Under the pieces are notes generated by a model that saw only the letters and a program-made list of their open reading frames with translations, did no database searches and had not been told where the DNA came from. Source: a bacterium (GTDB taxonomy: Bacteria > Bacillota_I > Bacilli_A > RF39 > UBA660). Taken from it: a DNA stretch of 61,601 nt. Where the stretch lies: assembly GCA_029100545.1 (NCBI GenBank), contig JAQXPH010000010.1, positions 1 to 61,601 of the forward strand, given 5' to 3'. The position numbers and the translations under genes are program-made. Positions 40,805 through 51,005 of this stretch are shown piece after piece. Within the stretch, counting starts at the first letter, position 1; each line of letters opens with the position of its first letter.

Positions 40805-43240
40805 TTAATCTAAATCTTTTCTTGCAAGTATTTGAGCTGGTGTTGTATTAATTATTTTAAGTATCGGAAGAAGACCAATAATTAAATTAAAAATATAAAT
40901 AATTATTATACTTAATAATATAATATTTATATTAACTAAATAATTCATCTCAACATATCTTATTGTCTGAAGTGTTTTTAGACAGTATGCCATAAATAAT
41001 ACTCCCGGAACACATGTAATCGTAGTAATTGCAATTATTTCTCCAGAAAACATTTTACATATATCAAATTTTTTAACACCTATAGCTCTTAAGACACCAA
41101 TTTCCCTAATTCTTGATAAATATGATGAACGAATCATTAAATAGATTTCCATAAATGAAATAAATAAAATTACTGCACTAGCTATAAGGCCAGAATTTAC
41201 GCTTTCTTTTTTAGACTCAATATACTCACTTTTTGCAAAATCATAACTTGATTTTATATTTAATTTTTCATTATTAAATGATGTAATTACTTTTTCTTCA
41301 TCACTTGGCATAATAGATAAATTACTAGATTTTTCAATTAAACTATATTTAATCATATTATCATTAACTAAATGATTATTTATAGTTTTTGATTCAAAGT
41401 ATCCTACTACAGTAAGTTTAGTATTATTTATTTTTAAATTAGATTTTTTATTAATAGGATATTCATATTCATTATTAATATTTACTATTACTTCATAATC
41501 ATTTTCAGGAAGTCTTCCTTTTTTTAAGATATAATCACTAACTGAATTATAATTGTAAATCTTATCACTATTAATAACATTATCATCCATTATATAAACT
41601 TCACCATTAGTTTCATTATTTAGACTATCATATAATAGATCAATCATTTCATTTTTACTAATATAAATACTATAATCACCTATATCAGTTATACCAACAA
41701 TTTTATAACTTTTTATGCTAGATTTAACTTCATAACCAATTAAATCATTATATCCTTTTAATCCTGCTTGAAGACCAGTTCTATTATCTCCCTCAAATAA
41801 AGGTTTTAAAACAGAGGTATCCACTACAATTTCATTATTATTTTGAATATTATTACCATAAATTAAATCATCTACATTTAATAAATCATTACTTATTAAA
41901 GAACCAGATATATATGAAGTAGCATTCATAGTTTGATAATAGTTATTAAAACTTATATTTAATGTAACGTAAGTGTTTCCTGGTAGAATATAATTTACAC
42001 CATCAAGATTTTCATATTTTATAAAATTATCAACACTTATTTTAGGTAAAACTACTTCGTAATAATTTTTGTTTTTCTTAATAAAATAACTATCTTTGAC
42101 ATTTAATACGCCAAAAATATTACTTACGCTATACATTATAAATAAACCAGATAAAGCAAAGCCTAATAATAATAATTTTTTTATAAATGAATAATCAAGT
42201 ATTTTTTTAAACCCATCTTTTATTGAACTAAAACAATTTATTATTGAACTATATTTATGCTTTTCTTTTTTAGTTTCAATATTTTTAAAATCAAAGTCAT
42301 ATTCTTCATAAATTGATTTATCCATTTTTTTATAATGATCATTAATAAGTTCTATATTAGAGTTTTCATCAATTACTTCAATTTTCTCATTACCATTACA
42401 TTTAATAAATATATTATTATTTTTTACAACTAAAGTTATATTTGATTTTAAGCCTTTATCAGAAAAAATAGTTAATTTATTTGATAATTCTTCTTTATTC
42501 TTAAAATCTTTTAAATATATTTTATTATCTATTTTATAATCTAAACTATTTTCTTCAGCATTTTCATAGTCATTTTTAACCTCACCATTTTCAATTTCAA
42601 TAATTCTATCTGCATAAAATTTAGCAAGATTTATTTCATGAGTAACTAAAATTACTAAGCGATTTTTAGAAATAGCTTTAATAATATTCATTATTTCAAT
42701 TGTATTTTGGCTATCTAAATTACCTGTTGGTTCATCTGCTAAAATGATATTAGGATCTTTTACTATTGCTCTTGCTATTGCTACTCTTTGTTTTTCACCA
42801 CCAGAAAGCATTGAAGCAGGTCTATTTTTAAGTCTATCTATTTTAACAATTTTTAAAACATAATTTACTCTTTTACTTATTTCTTCTTTATTTTTTATAC
42901 CAATCATTTTAAGAGTAATTGCTACATTTTCAAAAACAGTTAAATTATCAATTAAATGATAGTTTTGAAATATATATCCAACATTTAAATTACGAACTTT
43001 ATCAACATAATGTGAACTTCTTTTAGTAATTCTTTTATCATTAATATAAATTTTACCTTTTTGAACTTTATCTAGTCCTCCAATAACATTTAATAAAGTT
43101 GTTTTACCACTTCCTGAGGAGCCTAATAAAGCGACTAAACCAGTATTAGGTAAATTTAATGATGTATTATTAATAACATGTAATTCATTTTTTTTATGAC
43201 GATTAAAATATTTGTGAGTTTTTTCAAGTTTTATCATCAT
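40805..43240 (-). CDS. MacB-like ABC transporter, fused ATPase-permease
   Basis: [33 protein letters not shown], FtsX-type [12 protein letters not shown]. Confidence 0.9.
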   Translation of the reverse strand: MMIKLEKTHKYFNRHKKNELHVINNTSLNLPNTGLVALLGSSGSGKTTLLNVIGGLDKVQKGKIYINDKRITKRSSHYVDKVRNLNVGYIFQNYHLIDNLTVFENVAITLKMIGIKNKEEISKRVNYVLKIVKIDRLKNRPASMLSGGEKQRVAIARAIVKDPNIILADEPTGNLDSQNTIEIMNIIKAISKNRLVILVTHEINLAKFYADRIIEIENGEVKNDYENAEENSLDYKIDNKIYLKDFKNKEELSNKLTIFSDKGLKSNITLVVKNNNIFIKCNGNEKIEVIDENSNIELINDHYKKMDKSIYEEYDFDFKNIETKKEKHKYSSIINCFSSIKDGFKKILDYSFIKKLLLLGFALSGLFIMYSVSNIFGVLNVKDSYFIKKNKNYYEVVLPKISVDNFIKYENLDGVNYILPGNTYVTLNISFNNYYQTMNATSYISGSLISNDLLNVDDLIYGNNIQNNNEIVVDTSVLKPLFEGDNRTGLQAGLKGYNDLIGYEVKSSIKSYKIVGITDIGDYSIYISKNEMIDLLYDSLNNETNGEVYIMDDNVINSDKIYNYNSVSDYILKKGRLPENDYEVIVNINNEYEYPINKKSNLKINNTKLTVVGYFESKTINNHLVNDNMIKYSLIEKSSNLSIMPSDEEKVITSFNNEKLNIKSSYDFAKSEYIESKKESVNSGLIASAVILFISFMEIYLMIRSSYLSRIREIGVLRAIGVKKFDICKMFSGEIIAITTITCVPGVLFMAYCLKTLQTIRYVEMNYLVNINIILLSIIIIYIFNLIIGLLPILKIINTTPAQILARKDLD

Positions 43241-45447
43241 TATACCTCCTGCCTATATGTACTCATCGCAGATGATTTAAATAATTTTCTTGAATATCTA
43301 AATGAAATTAAAGCGCTCATTACAAACATTAATATATAAATTATAATATAATCTTTAATAGTTAAATAATTTGCAAGAGAATTAATCCAATTAATATGCA
43401 AAATTTTATTATGAACTAAAAATATAATTAATAAAATCAACAAGTAAACAAAATGATAAATAAAATATAATTCTATGCTTATTAAATTTTTTATAACTTT
43501 TTTACTAGCTCCTAAAAAACGGATTGTAGCATAGTAAACATTTCTAGACTTTTCAATTAATCTAATAACAAAATATGCTATAAAGAATAATACAATAAAT
43601 ACTATAGTTGATATAATTACTTTAAAAATCTTTATAATTGATAAAACCTCATCATCATAATTTACAGTTACATCTTTAATAGATAATGCATCAATACCTA
43701 AATTATCTAAATTACTTATAACTTCATCTATATTTTTTACATTTGTAACAAAAACTGATGATTGATAGTAATCTTTATTATATAATTTATTATAATCTTC
43801 TCTTGATATATAAATATAACCATTATTTTCTTCATAATTACTAAATCCAGTTATAGTATTAAAATTATATTTAGTATATGTTTTAGTTATTTTTAAATCA
43901 ATATTTTCACTATAATAAATATTTTCAACATTTAAATTAATAATATTATTAATACAATAATTATATTTACAATAATAACTATAATCATACGAAATGTATG
44001 CTTCACCTGTAGGTACATTATCAGATATTTTAATATTTAAATCAGTATTTTGATTATTAATTTTTATTTTTAAATTACTATAATTTTTATTAACATTTAA
44101 TTTTAATTTATTAAATATTTCATCACTAACATAAAAAATGTTCATTCCATAAGAATTTTCATAATAGACATAACCAGTTACTTGAAATTCATAATTATCA
44201 TTTATTTTTTCATAATAATTATCATCATACAAATTAAATTTTGCGTTTAAAACATCATTTAGTTCAGTTGGATAATCATCCTTATATTTTTTAATAACAA
44301 CATCAGTATTCTTTAAAGGCATACTACCTTCATCAACATGATTAAGTTCATTTATATTTTTTATTGTACCATAAAAATAATATTCATCGTTATTTAAACT
44401 ATATTTTGAATCTAAAATAATATCATTTTTTTCAATTTTTTCTACATAAGGTAAATTACTTATTTTTTTATAATCTTCTTCAGTAAAAGGCACTTTATCT
44501 TTCTTTTTTATTATAATTCTAGTGTCAGTTAAATCGCTAAAATAATAATTAAATCCATTTTTATTTTCTTCATATTCACCTTTTCTAAATGAAGAATAAA
44601 TACCTAAAAATGCAAAAATGACTAATGCAAAAACCATTGCAAGTAAAATAAATTTGGGTATAATGTTAAAAGCATTTCTTATTCCTAATCTTATTTTATT
44701 AAAAAATGTTATATTTTTATAATCATATATACAAGGCTTTGAATTTTCATAATCTTTTATTTGAATATCTTCACGAACTAACCCATCATGCATTTCAATT
44801 TTTCTTGTAGCATATTTTTCAAATTGTTCATAATTATGAGTTACTACAATAACAAGTTTATCTTTAGCAACTTCAAAAAGAAGTTTTACTACGCTTTGAG
44901 CAGATCTTGTATCTAAATTACCTGTTGGTTCATCCGCTAAAATAATTGGTGTGTCTTTTGCAAGTGCTCTAGCTATCGCAACTCTTTGTTTTTGACCACC
45001 AGAAAGTTTTGATACTTTAGTGTTTCTATAGCGGTATAAATCAACTTTCTTAATAAGTTCAATTACTTTAGCTTTTATATCTTTTTTATTAAATCCATTT
45101 AAAAGAAGTACTAATTCAATATTTTGATAAACTGTATAACTATTAACTAAATTAAAACTTTGAAAAATATTTGCAACATATGTTTTTCGATAATGTTCAA
45201 TATCTTCATTACTATAATGGCTTGTTTCTTCACCATTAATATACATTTGACCTTCTTCATAAGTGTCTAAACCAGAAAGAACATTTAATAATGTTGATTT
45301 TCCACTTCCACTTTCACCAGTTATAATAACAAACTCCCCTAAATTAAATTCAAGTGAAATTCTAGAAAAACCAGATGCTACAATTCCTTTGTTATAATAA
45401 AATTTACTTACCCCTTTTAATTTTAAAATTGGCTCTTTTTTATTCAT
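43240..45447 (-). CDS. MacB-like ABC transporter, fused ATPase-permease
   Basis: [34 protein letters not shown]-terminal FtsX-like TM helices. Confidence 0.9.
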   Translation of the reverse strand: MNKKEPILKLKGVSKFYYNKGIVASGFSRISLEFNLGEFVIITGESGSGKSTLLNVLSGLDTYEEGQMYINGEETSHYSNEDIEHYRKTYVANIFQSFNLVNSYTVYQNIELVLLLNGFNKKDIKAKVIELIKKVDLYRYRNTKVSKLSGGQKQRVAIARALAKDTPIILADEPTGNLDTRSAQSVVKLLFEVAKDKLVIVVTHNYEQFEKYATRKIEMHDGLVREDIQIKDYENSKPCIYDYKNITFFNKIRLGIRNAFNIIPKFILLAMVFALVIFAFLGIYSSFRKGEYEENKNGFNYYFSDLTDTRIIIKKKDKVPFTEEDYKKISNLPYVEKIEKNDIILDSKYSLNNDEYYFYGTIKNINELNHVDEGSMPLKNTDVVIKKYKDDYPTELNDVLNAKFNLYDDNYYEKINDNYEFQVTGYVYYENSYGMNIFYVSDEIFNKLKLNVNKNYSNLKIKINNQNTDLNIKISDNVPTGEAYISYDYSYYCKYNYCINNIINLNVENIYYSENIDLKITKTYTKYNFNTITGFSNYEENNGYIYISREDYNKLYNKDYYQSSVFVTNVKNIDEVISNLDNLGIDALSIKDVTVNYDDEVLSIIKIFKVIISTIVFIVLFFIAYFVIRLIEKSRNVYYATIRFLGASKKVIKNLISIELYFIYHFVYLLILLIIFLVHNKILHINWINSLANYLTIKDYIIIYILMFVMSALISFRYSRKLFKSSAMSTYRQEV

Positions 45448-45494
45448 ATTATCTCCTAAAAAAATTATACTATAAAAAAACCAAAAAAGAAGAT

Positions 45495-46901
45495 TTACCT
45501 TTTCTTCTTTTTCTTTGGTTTATCTTCTATAATATTATAAGTTTCATTTTCTGTTTTAATCTCTTTTATTTCATTTATATGATCTTTTTCACTAATTTTT
45601 TTATTTTCATTATTAGATACTTCTTGTTTATTTTTTTTACGTTTTTTAGAGTTTTTTGAAATAAATATTATTAAAGATAAAATTGTTGATAATGCAAATG
45701 CTAAAGTTGAATATATTAATAAATTGTTTTTATTTTCCAACTCTTTAATATAACTATCATCATATTTTATTGCACTGTTATCTTTAGTATCAAATAAATA
45801 TAATCCTTTTTCATTAGTTTCAACATTGATAGCTTTAATTATGCGATATCTATTACTATCATCTAATTGTAAACATTCAATAGTATTTTCTCCAATAGAT
45901 ATAGTACTTTTTTCATACCCTTTAATTTCTTCATCCATATTAAGTGGATATAATGTTAGTTGGCCAAAAGAAAGTTCAATATATTTTAAATATGTACCAT
46001 CTTCATAAATAAATAAAGAAATATTGCCATTTTCATCTTTAAGACCAACTAAAGTAAAATCAGTTATTTCACTATAAAATGCCGGAATTTCCATTTCATT
46101 TATTGTAATAGTTTTTTCTATATAACTATTTGGTTTAGTAAGTAAACTACTAATTTTTACAACAGTATATTTTTTATCTTCAATTGTAACATCAATTGGA
46201 TTTTTATCGATTACTTCAACATTTAATTTATAAGTTTTTTCACTACCATTTTCAGCTACTACTACTATATTAAATGAATTTGTACCAGCACTTACATTTA
46301 AAGAGCCATCACCATTTACTTTAGCTTTATTATCTTCAGCTATAGCTGTTACTTTTATTTCTGTTACATCTTCATTTACACTTACTGTATACTCTGTTAC
46401 ATCTTTGTTAAATTCAGGATTTAGTTCACTTCCCTCAACAGTTAATGATTTTAAATTATTATTGTTTGATAAACTTGATTGATATTCTGCATAAGTAATA
46501 ACTTTTACGTTTCTTTTACCATTAGTTACACTAAATACACTTTCATCAAAACCAATTACAGAAGATGCATCAATATAAAATGAAGCTGAACCACTTTTTT
46601 TAGCTTTAAAAGTATAACGATAAGTAACGGACTTAGTATTTGCATTTTGAACAACACCTGCATAATGAAGTTCTACATCACTTGACACTAATGTAAATAT
46701 ATTTTTATCATAATTTAAATTATATTCCCATGAACCCAATGCAGATGATGAAGAAATAGTAACAGAAACATTTACATTATTTCCTACAATAACTTGTGAT
46801 GCACTAGTATTTACACTTATCGTAGCACTTGCTGCATTAACAGAACTAATAAATAGAAATAAACTAAATATGAATGTTAATAATTTTAAAACTTTTTTCA
46901 T
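45495..46901 (-). CDS. Membrane-anchored surface protein with cohesin-like and cadherin-like beta-sandwich domains
   Basis: Signal peptide; VIVGNNVNVSV..LNYDKNIFTLVS..TFKAKKSGSA (cohesin-like); LSNNNNLKSLTV..LNPEFNKDVTEY (cadherin-like); C-terminal TM plus basic tail. Confidence 0.65.
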   Translation of the reverse strand: MKKVLKLLTFIFSLFLFISSVNAASATISVNTSASQVIVGNNVNVSVTISSSSALGSWEYNLNYDKNIFTLVSSDVELHYAGVVQNANTKSVTYRYTFKAKKSGSASFYIDASSVIGFDESVFSVTNGKRNVKVITYAEYQSSLSNNNNLKSLTVEGSELNPEFNKDVTEYTVSVNEDVTEIKVTAIAEDNKAKVNGDGSLNVSAGTNSFNIVVVAENGSEKTYKLNVEVIDKNPIDVTIEDKKYTVVKISSLLTKPNSYIEKTITINEMEIPAFYSEITDFTLVGLKDENGNISLFIYEDGTYLKYIELSFGQLTLYPLNMDEEIKGYEKSTISIGENTIECLQLDDSNRYRIIKAINVETNEKGLYLFDTKDNSAIKYDDSYIKELENKNNLLIYSTLAFALSTILSLIIFISKNSKKRKKNKQEVSNNENKKISEKDHINEIKEIKTENETYNIIEDKPKKKKKR

Positions 46902-46914
46902 AACTTTTTCCTTT

Positions 46915-48858
46915 CTAACTAATTGTTGTATATCCTAAAATATATTTTTGTATTTTTAATAAATCCTTGATATCAATTAAACCATCACTATTAACATCTG
47001 CTGCTTTACTATAACTTCCTGCAAGATTTAAATATCCTAAAATATGTTTTTGTACTTTTAATAAATCTTGAATATTAATATTTCCATCACCACTAGGATC
47101 ACCTTTTAAAGAAACCGTATATATTTTTGTATCACTTCCATTAGTAATGGTTATTTCATCTCCTGTAAAAAGTTTTCCACTATTTTTATTTTTAACTTCT
47201 ATTTTTACGGAAGATGAACTCTTTTTAAGTAAATCAGTAAAAGCTTCAATAGTATAACCCGCACTTAATAGAAAAGTATTATCACTAACTGGTACACCAC
47301 TACTTGCTACAATGTCTTCAACTAAGGCAGTAACTCCTTCCGTTTTAATTATATTTATCACATAATCTTGAGTCTTTTTATTTTCGGCAGTAACTTTTAT
47401 TTTAATAACTGTTTTATCCGAAGTTAAATCATTTGTACCAACACCTTCAACAGTTGCTTTATCATTAATAGTTTCTGCACTTATATTTACACTATTTATA
47501 TTTGAACCAACATAATAGTTATATTCAAATGTATCATGACTAAAGCCGGATAGTTCATTATTATTTACTTTAAGTGATTTTAAATGATTATTTGGATTAC
47601 CTCCATTTGGAAGACTTGCTTGTTTTTCTGGCATATTTTCATACACTGGAATAACAAATTTAAATGCGACTGATGAAAGTAATTCCATATCATTATATCC
47701 ATTATAAGTAATACTTGCTTCATTAGCAGCTCCCCTAATATTTGTCATATATTGATGTGCATAAGGAGCATACTGTGAATAAGAACTTGTATTAAATTTT
47801 TGAAAATAAGTTGTATTTTGTCCTTTAGAAATATATTTATCAGTAATATAATTTGCTCCACCTGTAATAGCTTTATCTAAAGTAAGCCATGGTCTTAAAT
47901 AACTTGTACCAGATACTGCCCAAACAAGGCCATCATATGCACCAGTAAATGCTCCAATATTATATGGATTATAAACTGGACTATATGTATTATCATTTAA
48001 AGTTATAGTTTGTCCCTTTAAAGAATAACCAGAATAATTTCCACCTGTTTCTTGTTTTATTCTACTTGCAAGATAAATAGCATTTGCATTATATGTACTA
48101 CCTGCATTATAAATAACGTTTGACTTTTCTTGAATGTCTTTACCATTTAACACCGCATTTATAGCATCAACTGTCTGATAACTAGAATCAAATGAAAGTT
48201 TTTCAAACATAAATATATATCTTTCATCTAAAAAGTTTCGAGGATCAAAATAATATGCAACAACTTCGCTATTTGCAGCATACCAATCTTTTCCTTCTTT
48301 AACTGTAAATGTATCTGTTAAATAATCATAACTGGAACTTTCTGTTGAAAAATATCCTTGATAACTTGATTGAATTAAACTTTTTCCAACAACGCTTTCT
48401 TTTTCTACAGCAACATCAAAAGGTAAATTAGTTTTGTCAGCCTCAAAAGTCCAGTTAGGAAATTTTTCTTTAAGTGCACATAAACCATTCCAATAAGTAT
48501 TTGGAAAACCTAAATTTTCCATTTCTTTTTCACAATCTGTTGTTGCTGTTGAGGGAGTTTCTTCAACGGTAACTAATGTAACATAACTTGCACAGACATA
48601 TCCTACATCAGTTCCTGAATAATATATTTTATACCAACCATCTAAGCAACCCTTTTCATTTGGATAAACAGTTGTATCAACTAAATCAAATATAGCACTT
48701 ACTCCAAGTTTTTTTATTGATGTATAATTAGTACCTGGTCCACTTCTTAAATTTAAATCATTATAGTCTACTCTTAGTTTAGTTAATGCATTTACATAAT
48801 AATTTGACATAAAAAAGGTAACTAAAATAAAAAATACCATGAATAACTTCTTTTTCAT
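46915..48858 (-). CDS. Peptidoglycan hydrolase: SH3b + glucosaminidase-like + cadherin-like + dockerin
   Basis: LNLRSGPGTNY; YYFDPRNFL, SRIKQE, YNIGA, GQNTTYFQKFN, HQYMTNI; duplicated dockerin loops GDPSGDGNINIQDLL and ADVNSDGLIDIKDLL. Confidence 0.85.
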   Translation of the reverse strand: MKKKLFMVFFILVTFFMSNYYVNALTKLRVDYNDLNLRSGPGTNYTSIKKLGVSAIFDLVDTTVYPNEKGCLDGWYKIYYSGTDVGYVCASYVTLVTVEETPSTATTDCEKEMENLGFPNTYWNGLCALKEKFPNWTFEADKTNLPFDVAVEKESVVGKSLIQSSYQGYFSTESSSYDYLTDTFTVKEGKDWYAANSEVVAYYFDPRNFLDERYIFMFEKLSFDSSYQTVDAINAVLNGKDIQEKSNVIYNAGSTYNANAIYLASRIKQETGGNYSGYSLKGQTITLNDNTYSPVYNPYNIGAFTGAYDGLVWAVSGTSYLRPWLTLDKAITGGANYITDKYISKGQNTTYFQKFNTSSYSQYAPYAHQYMTNIRGAANEASITYNGYNDMELLSSVAFKFVIPVYENMPEKQASLPNGGNPNNHLKSLKVNNNELSGFSHDTFEYNYYVGSNINSVNISAETINDKATVEGVGTNDLTSDKTVIKIKVTAENKKTQDYVINIIKTEGVTALVEDIVASSGVPVSDNTFLLSAGYTIEAFTDLLKKSSSSVKIEVKNKNSGKLFTGDEITITNGSDTKIYTVSLKGDPSGDGNINIQDLLKVQKHILGYLNLAGSYSKAADVNSDGLIDIKDLLKIQKYILGYTTIS

Positions 48859-48993
48859 TTTACCACCTTTCTACTTTAATACATTATAACAAATAAAAAA
48901 TATTATGTAAATTAAATTTAACGTACATACAAATTACTAAACATCTATTTACAAAGAAATAAAAAAATGGTATATTCACATTGGAGGATAACT

Positions 48994-49254
48994 ATGGAAA
49001 AAGACTTATTAAATAAAAATGTTGAAGTATTAGTTGCATTTGCTAGAGGTAGTAATGCTGGTTCAACAGTACCTGTATTATTTTTAGGAACTTTTTTAGA
49101 TTATGATGAGAATTATTACAAAATTAATGCAACAAATTCAAAAATATGTTTTGCAAACCCTGGAATTGTATTAAAGGAATCTAAAAACAAAAGTAATGAT
49201 GTAGGAAATCTTTATTTGAGAAAAGAATTTGTTATTTACATTAAAGAAGCTTAA
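48994..49254 (+). CDS. Small hypothetical protein, possible Sm/LSm-like fold
   Basis: GGAGG RBS before ATG 48994; LLNKNVEV..FLGTFLDYDENYYKI..LYLRKEFVIYI pattern. Confidence 0.45.
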   Translation: MEKDLLNKNVEVLVAFARGSNAGSTVPVLFLGTFLDYDENYYKINATNSKICFANPGIVLKESKNKSNDVGNLYLRKEFVIYIKEA

Positions 49255-49352
49255 ATAAAAAAATTTTACTATATAGTAAACTTATAAAACTACTTCCAAT
49301 TTATTTTGAAAGTAGTTTTTTATATATAAATAAAAGGTTATTTACTAACCCT

Positions 49353-50147
49353 TTATCCTAATGCAACATCTAAAATCATCATAACAGCAAAGCCAATAAT
49401 TGTAAAAAGTGCCATTAAATCTTTACATTTATTAGTTTGACTTTCTGGAATTAATTCTTCCACAACAACATAAATCATTGCTCCAGCAGCAAATGAAAGT
49501 AAAAATGGTAAAATAAGTCTAACTTTTAAAACTAAAATTGCTCCAATTAAACTGGCTAATGGTTCAACTATTCCAGTTAATGCACCAATATAAAATGATT
49601 TTTTTGTACTCATCCCTTCTCTTCTTAAGGGTAGTGATACCGCAGTTCCTTCGGGAAAATTCTGAAGTCCAATTCCTATTGCAAGAATTATTGCCGATAT
49701 TAGAGTTGCTCCTTCAATATTATATCTTAATGCTCCAAAAGCAACACCAACTGCTAAACCTTCTGGAATATTATGAATACCAATTGATAAAACTAACATA
49801 AATGTTCTTTTTATTCTATTACTTCCTTCATGATTTTTAATTATTTTCGGGAAAATTTTATCACCAATATAAAGTAGTATTCCACCACATATAAAACCAA
49901 AAGTTACAATTAATGGTGCATTAATTTTTAAACTTTCCGCCATTGTTAATGCTGGTGAAATAAGTGAAAAAAAAGAAGCCGCTATCATTACTCCTGCAGC
50001 AAAACCGAGCATAGCATCAAGCAATGTTTTATTTACTTTTTTAAAAGGGAAAACAACTGCAGAACCTAGAATTGTAATTATCCAAGTAAACATTCCAGCT
50101 ATAAAAGCAAGTAGTACATAATTACAATTTGATAAATAGTTAATCAT
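49353..50147 (-). CDS. ZIP family divalent metal transporter
   Basis: GFAAGVM, IHNIPEGLAVG, QNFPEG, AAGAMIYVVVEELIPE. Confidence 0.93.
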   Translation of the reverse strand: MINYLSNCNYVLLAFIAGMFTWIITILGSAVVFPFKKVNKTLLDAMLGFAAGVMIAASFFSLISPALTMAESLKINAPLIVTFGFICGGILLYIGDKIFPKIIKNHEGSNRIKRTFMLVLSIGIHNIPEGLAVGVAFGALRYNIEGATLISAIILAIGIGLQNFPEGTAVSLPLRREGMSTKKSFYIGALTGIVEPLASLIGAILVLKVRLILPFLLSFAAGAMIYVVVEELIPESQTNKCKDLMALFTIIGFAVMMILDVALG

Positions 50148-50194
50148 TATTAAAATAACACCTCATTTTAATATATAACTACTTTTTTATTTTG

Positions 50195-50923
50195 TTACTT
50201 CTTTTTTGTTTCTTTAATAATAGTTACAATTAAACCAAGCGCAATAATAACATATAATAATATGCTTTCAATTCTATCTGAATTTTCATCAAGACTACTA
50301 GTAATTTTATCATCAATTTTTTCTAACTTTTTGATAGTATCATCGGCTTTTTCCGTCATATTTAAACTTTTTTCAATTTCATCATAAACTATATTATCTT
50401 TAATATTATCTAAAGAAACCTTAGTACAATATCCTTGCTTATAACCTCCATCTTCAATGCCCTGTGACCATACATTTAATTTATTTTCTATAGCTTTATT
50501 TTCATATAAACATAAACTATCAGTATATTTATAATTACCATAAATATATGCAACTTTACCATAGCCATTTTCAATAATTTCTTTTTGAAGTAAACTACCA
50601 TCTACCCAAATCCATGCAAGAGTTCTACCATATTTATCTGTTTTACTACTTTCATATTCAAAAACTATTTCTTTTGCATTTGTAAGCTTATTACATGTAA
50701 AATCACTAGCCTCTTTACCAAATGGTTCTTCACTGACATTTGTACTAACAGTTTCAGGCGTATCAATTGCTAAAAATCTAAACTTTATTTCTTCTTTATC
50801 CACAATAAAATATGCAGTATCACCATCAACACATTTAGAAAATGTACCTTTTTGAATTGTTGTACTACCATAAACATTATTTATAAATAAAAAACATACA
50901 ATAAAAATAATAACTTTCTTCAT
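50195..50923 (-). CDS. Thermonuclease (SNase) family, secreted/membrane-anchored
   Basis: VDGDT, RFLAIDTPE, DKYGRTLAW; signal peptide and C-terminal TM. Confidence 0.92.
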   Translation of the reverse strand: MKKVIIFIVCFLFINNVYGSTTIQKGTFSKCVDGDTAYFIVDKEEIKFRFLAIDTPETVSTNVSEEPFGKEASDFTCNKLTNAKEIVFEYESSKTDKYGRTLAWIWVDGSLLQKEIIENGYGKVAYIYGNYKYTDSLCLYENKAIENKLNVWSQGIEDGGYKQGYCTKVSLDNIKDNIVYDEIEKSLNMTEKADDTIKKLEKIDDKITSSLDENSDRIESILLYVIIALGLIVTIIKETKKK

Positions 50924-51005
50924 AAAAATATCATAACATAATAAGTTAATAATTTACACAACTAAAAAAATATGCTAGTATAAAAATGTAAATTGTGGTG
51001 GTTTT

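Noticed and set aside
11025-49801. Other short plus-strand ORFs (11025, 17736, 24278, 25832, 27427, 29059, 33790, 36220, 36922, 45375, 45826, 49538)
   Set aside because: All overlap well-supported opposite-strand genes; typical shadow frames.
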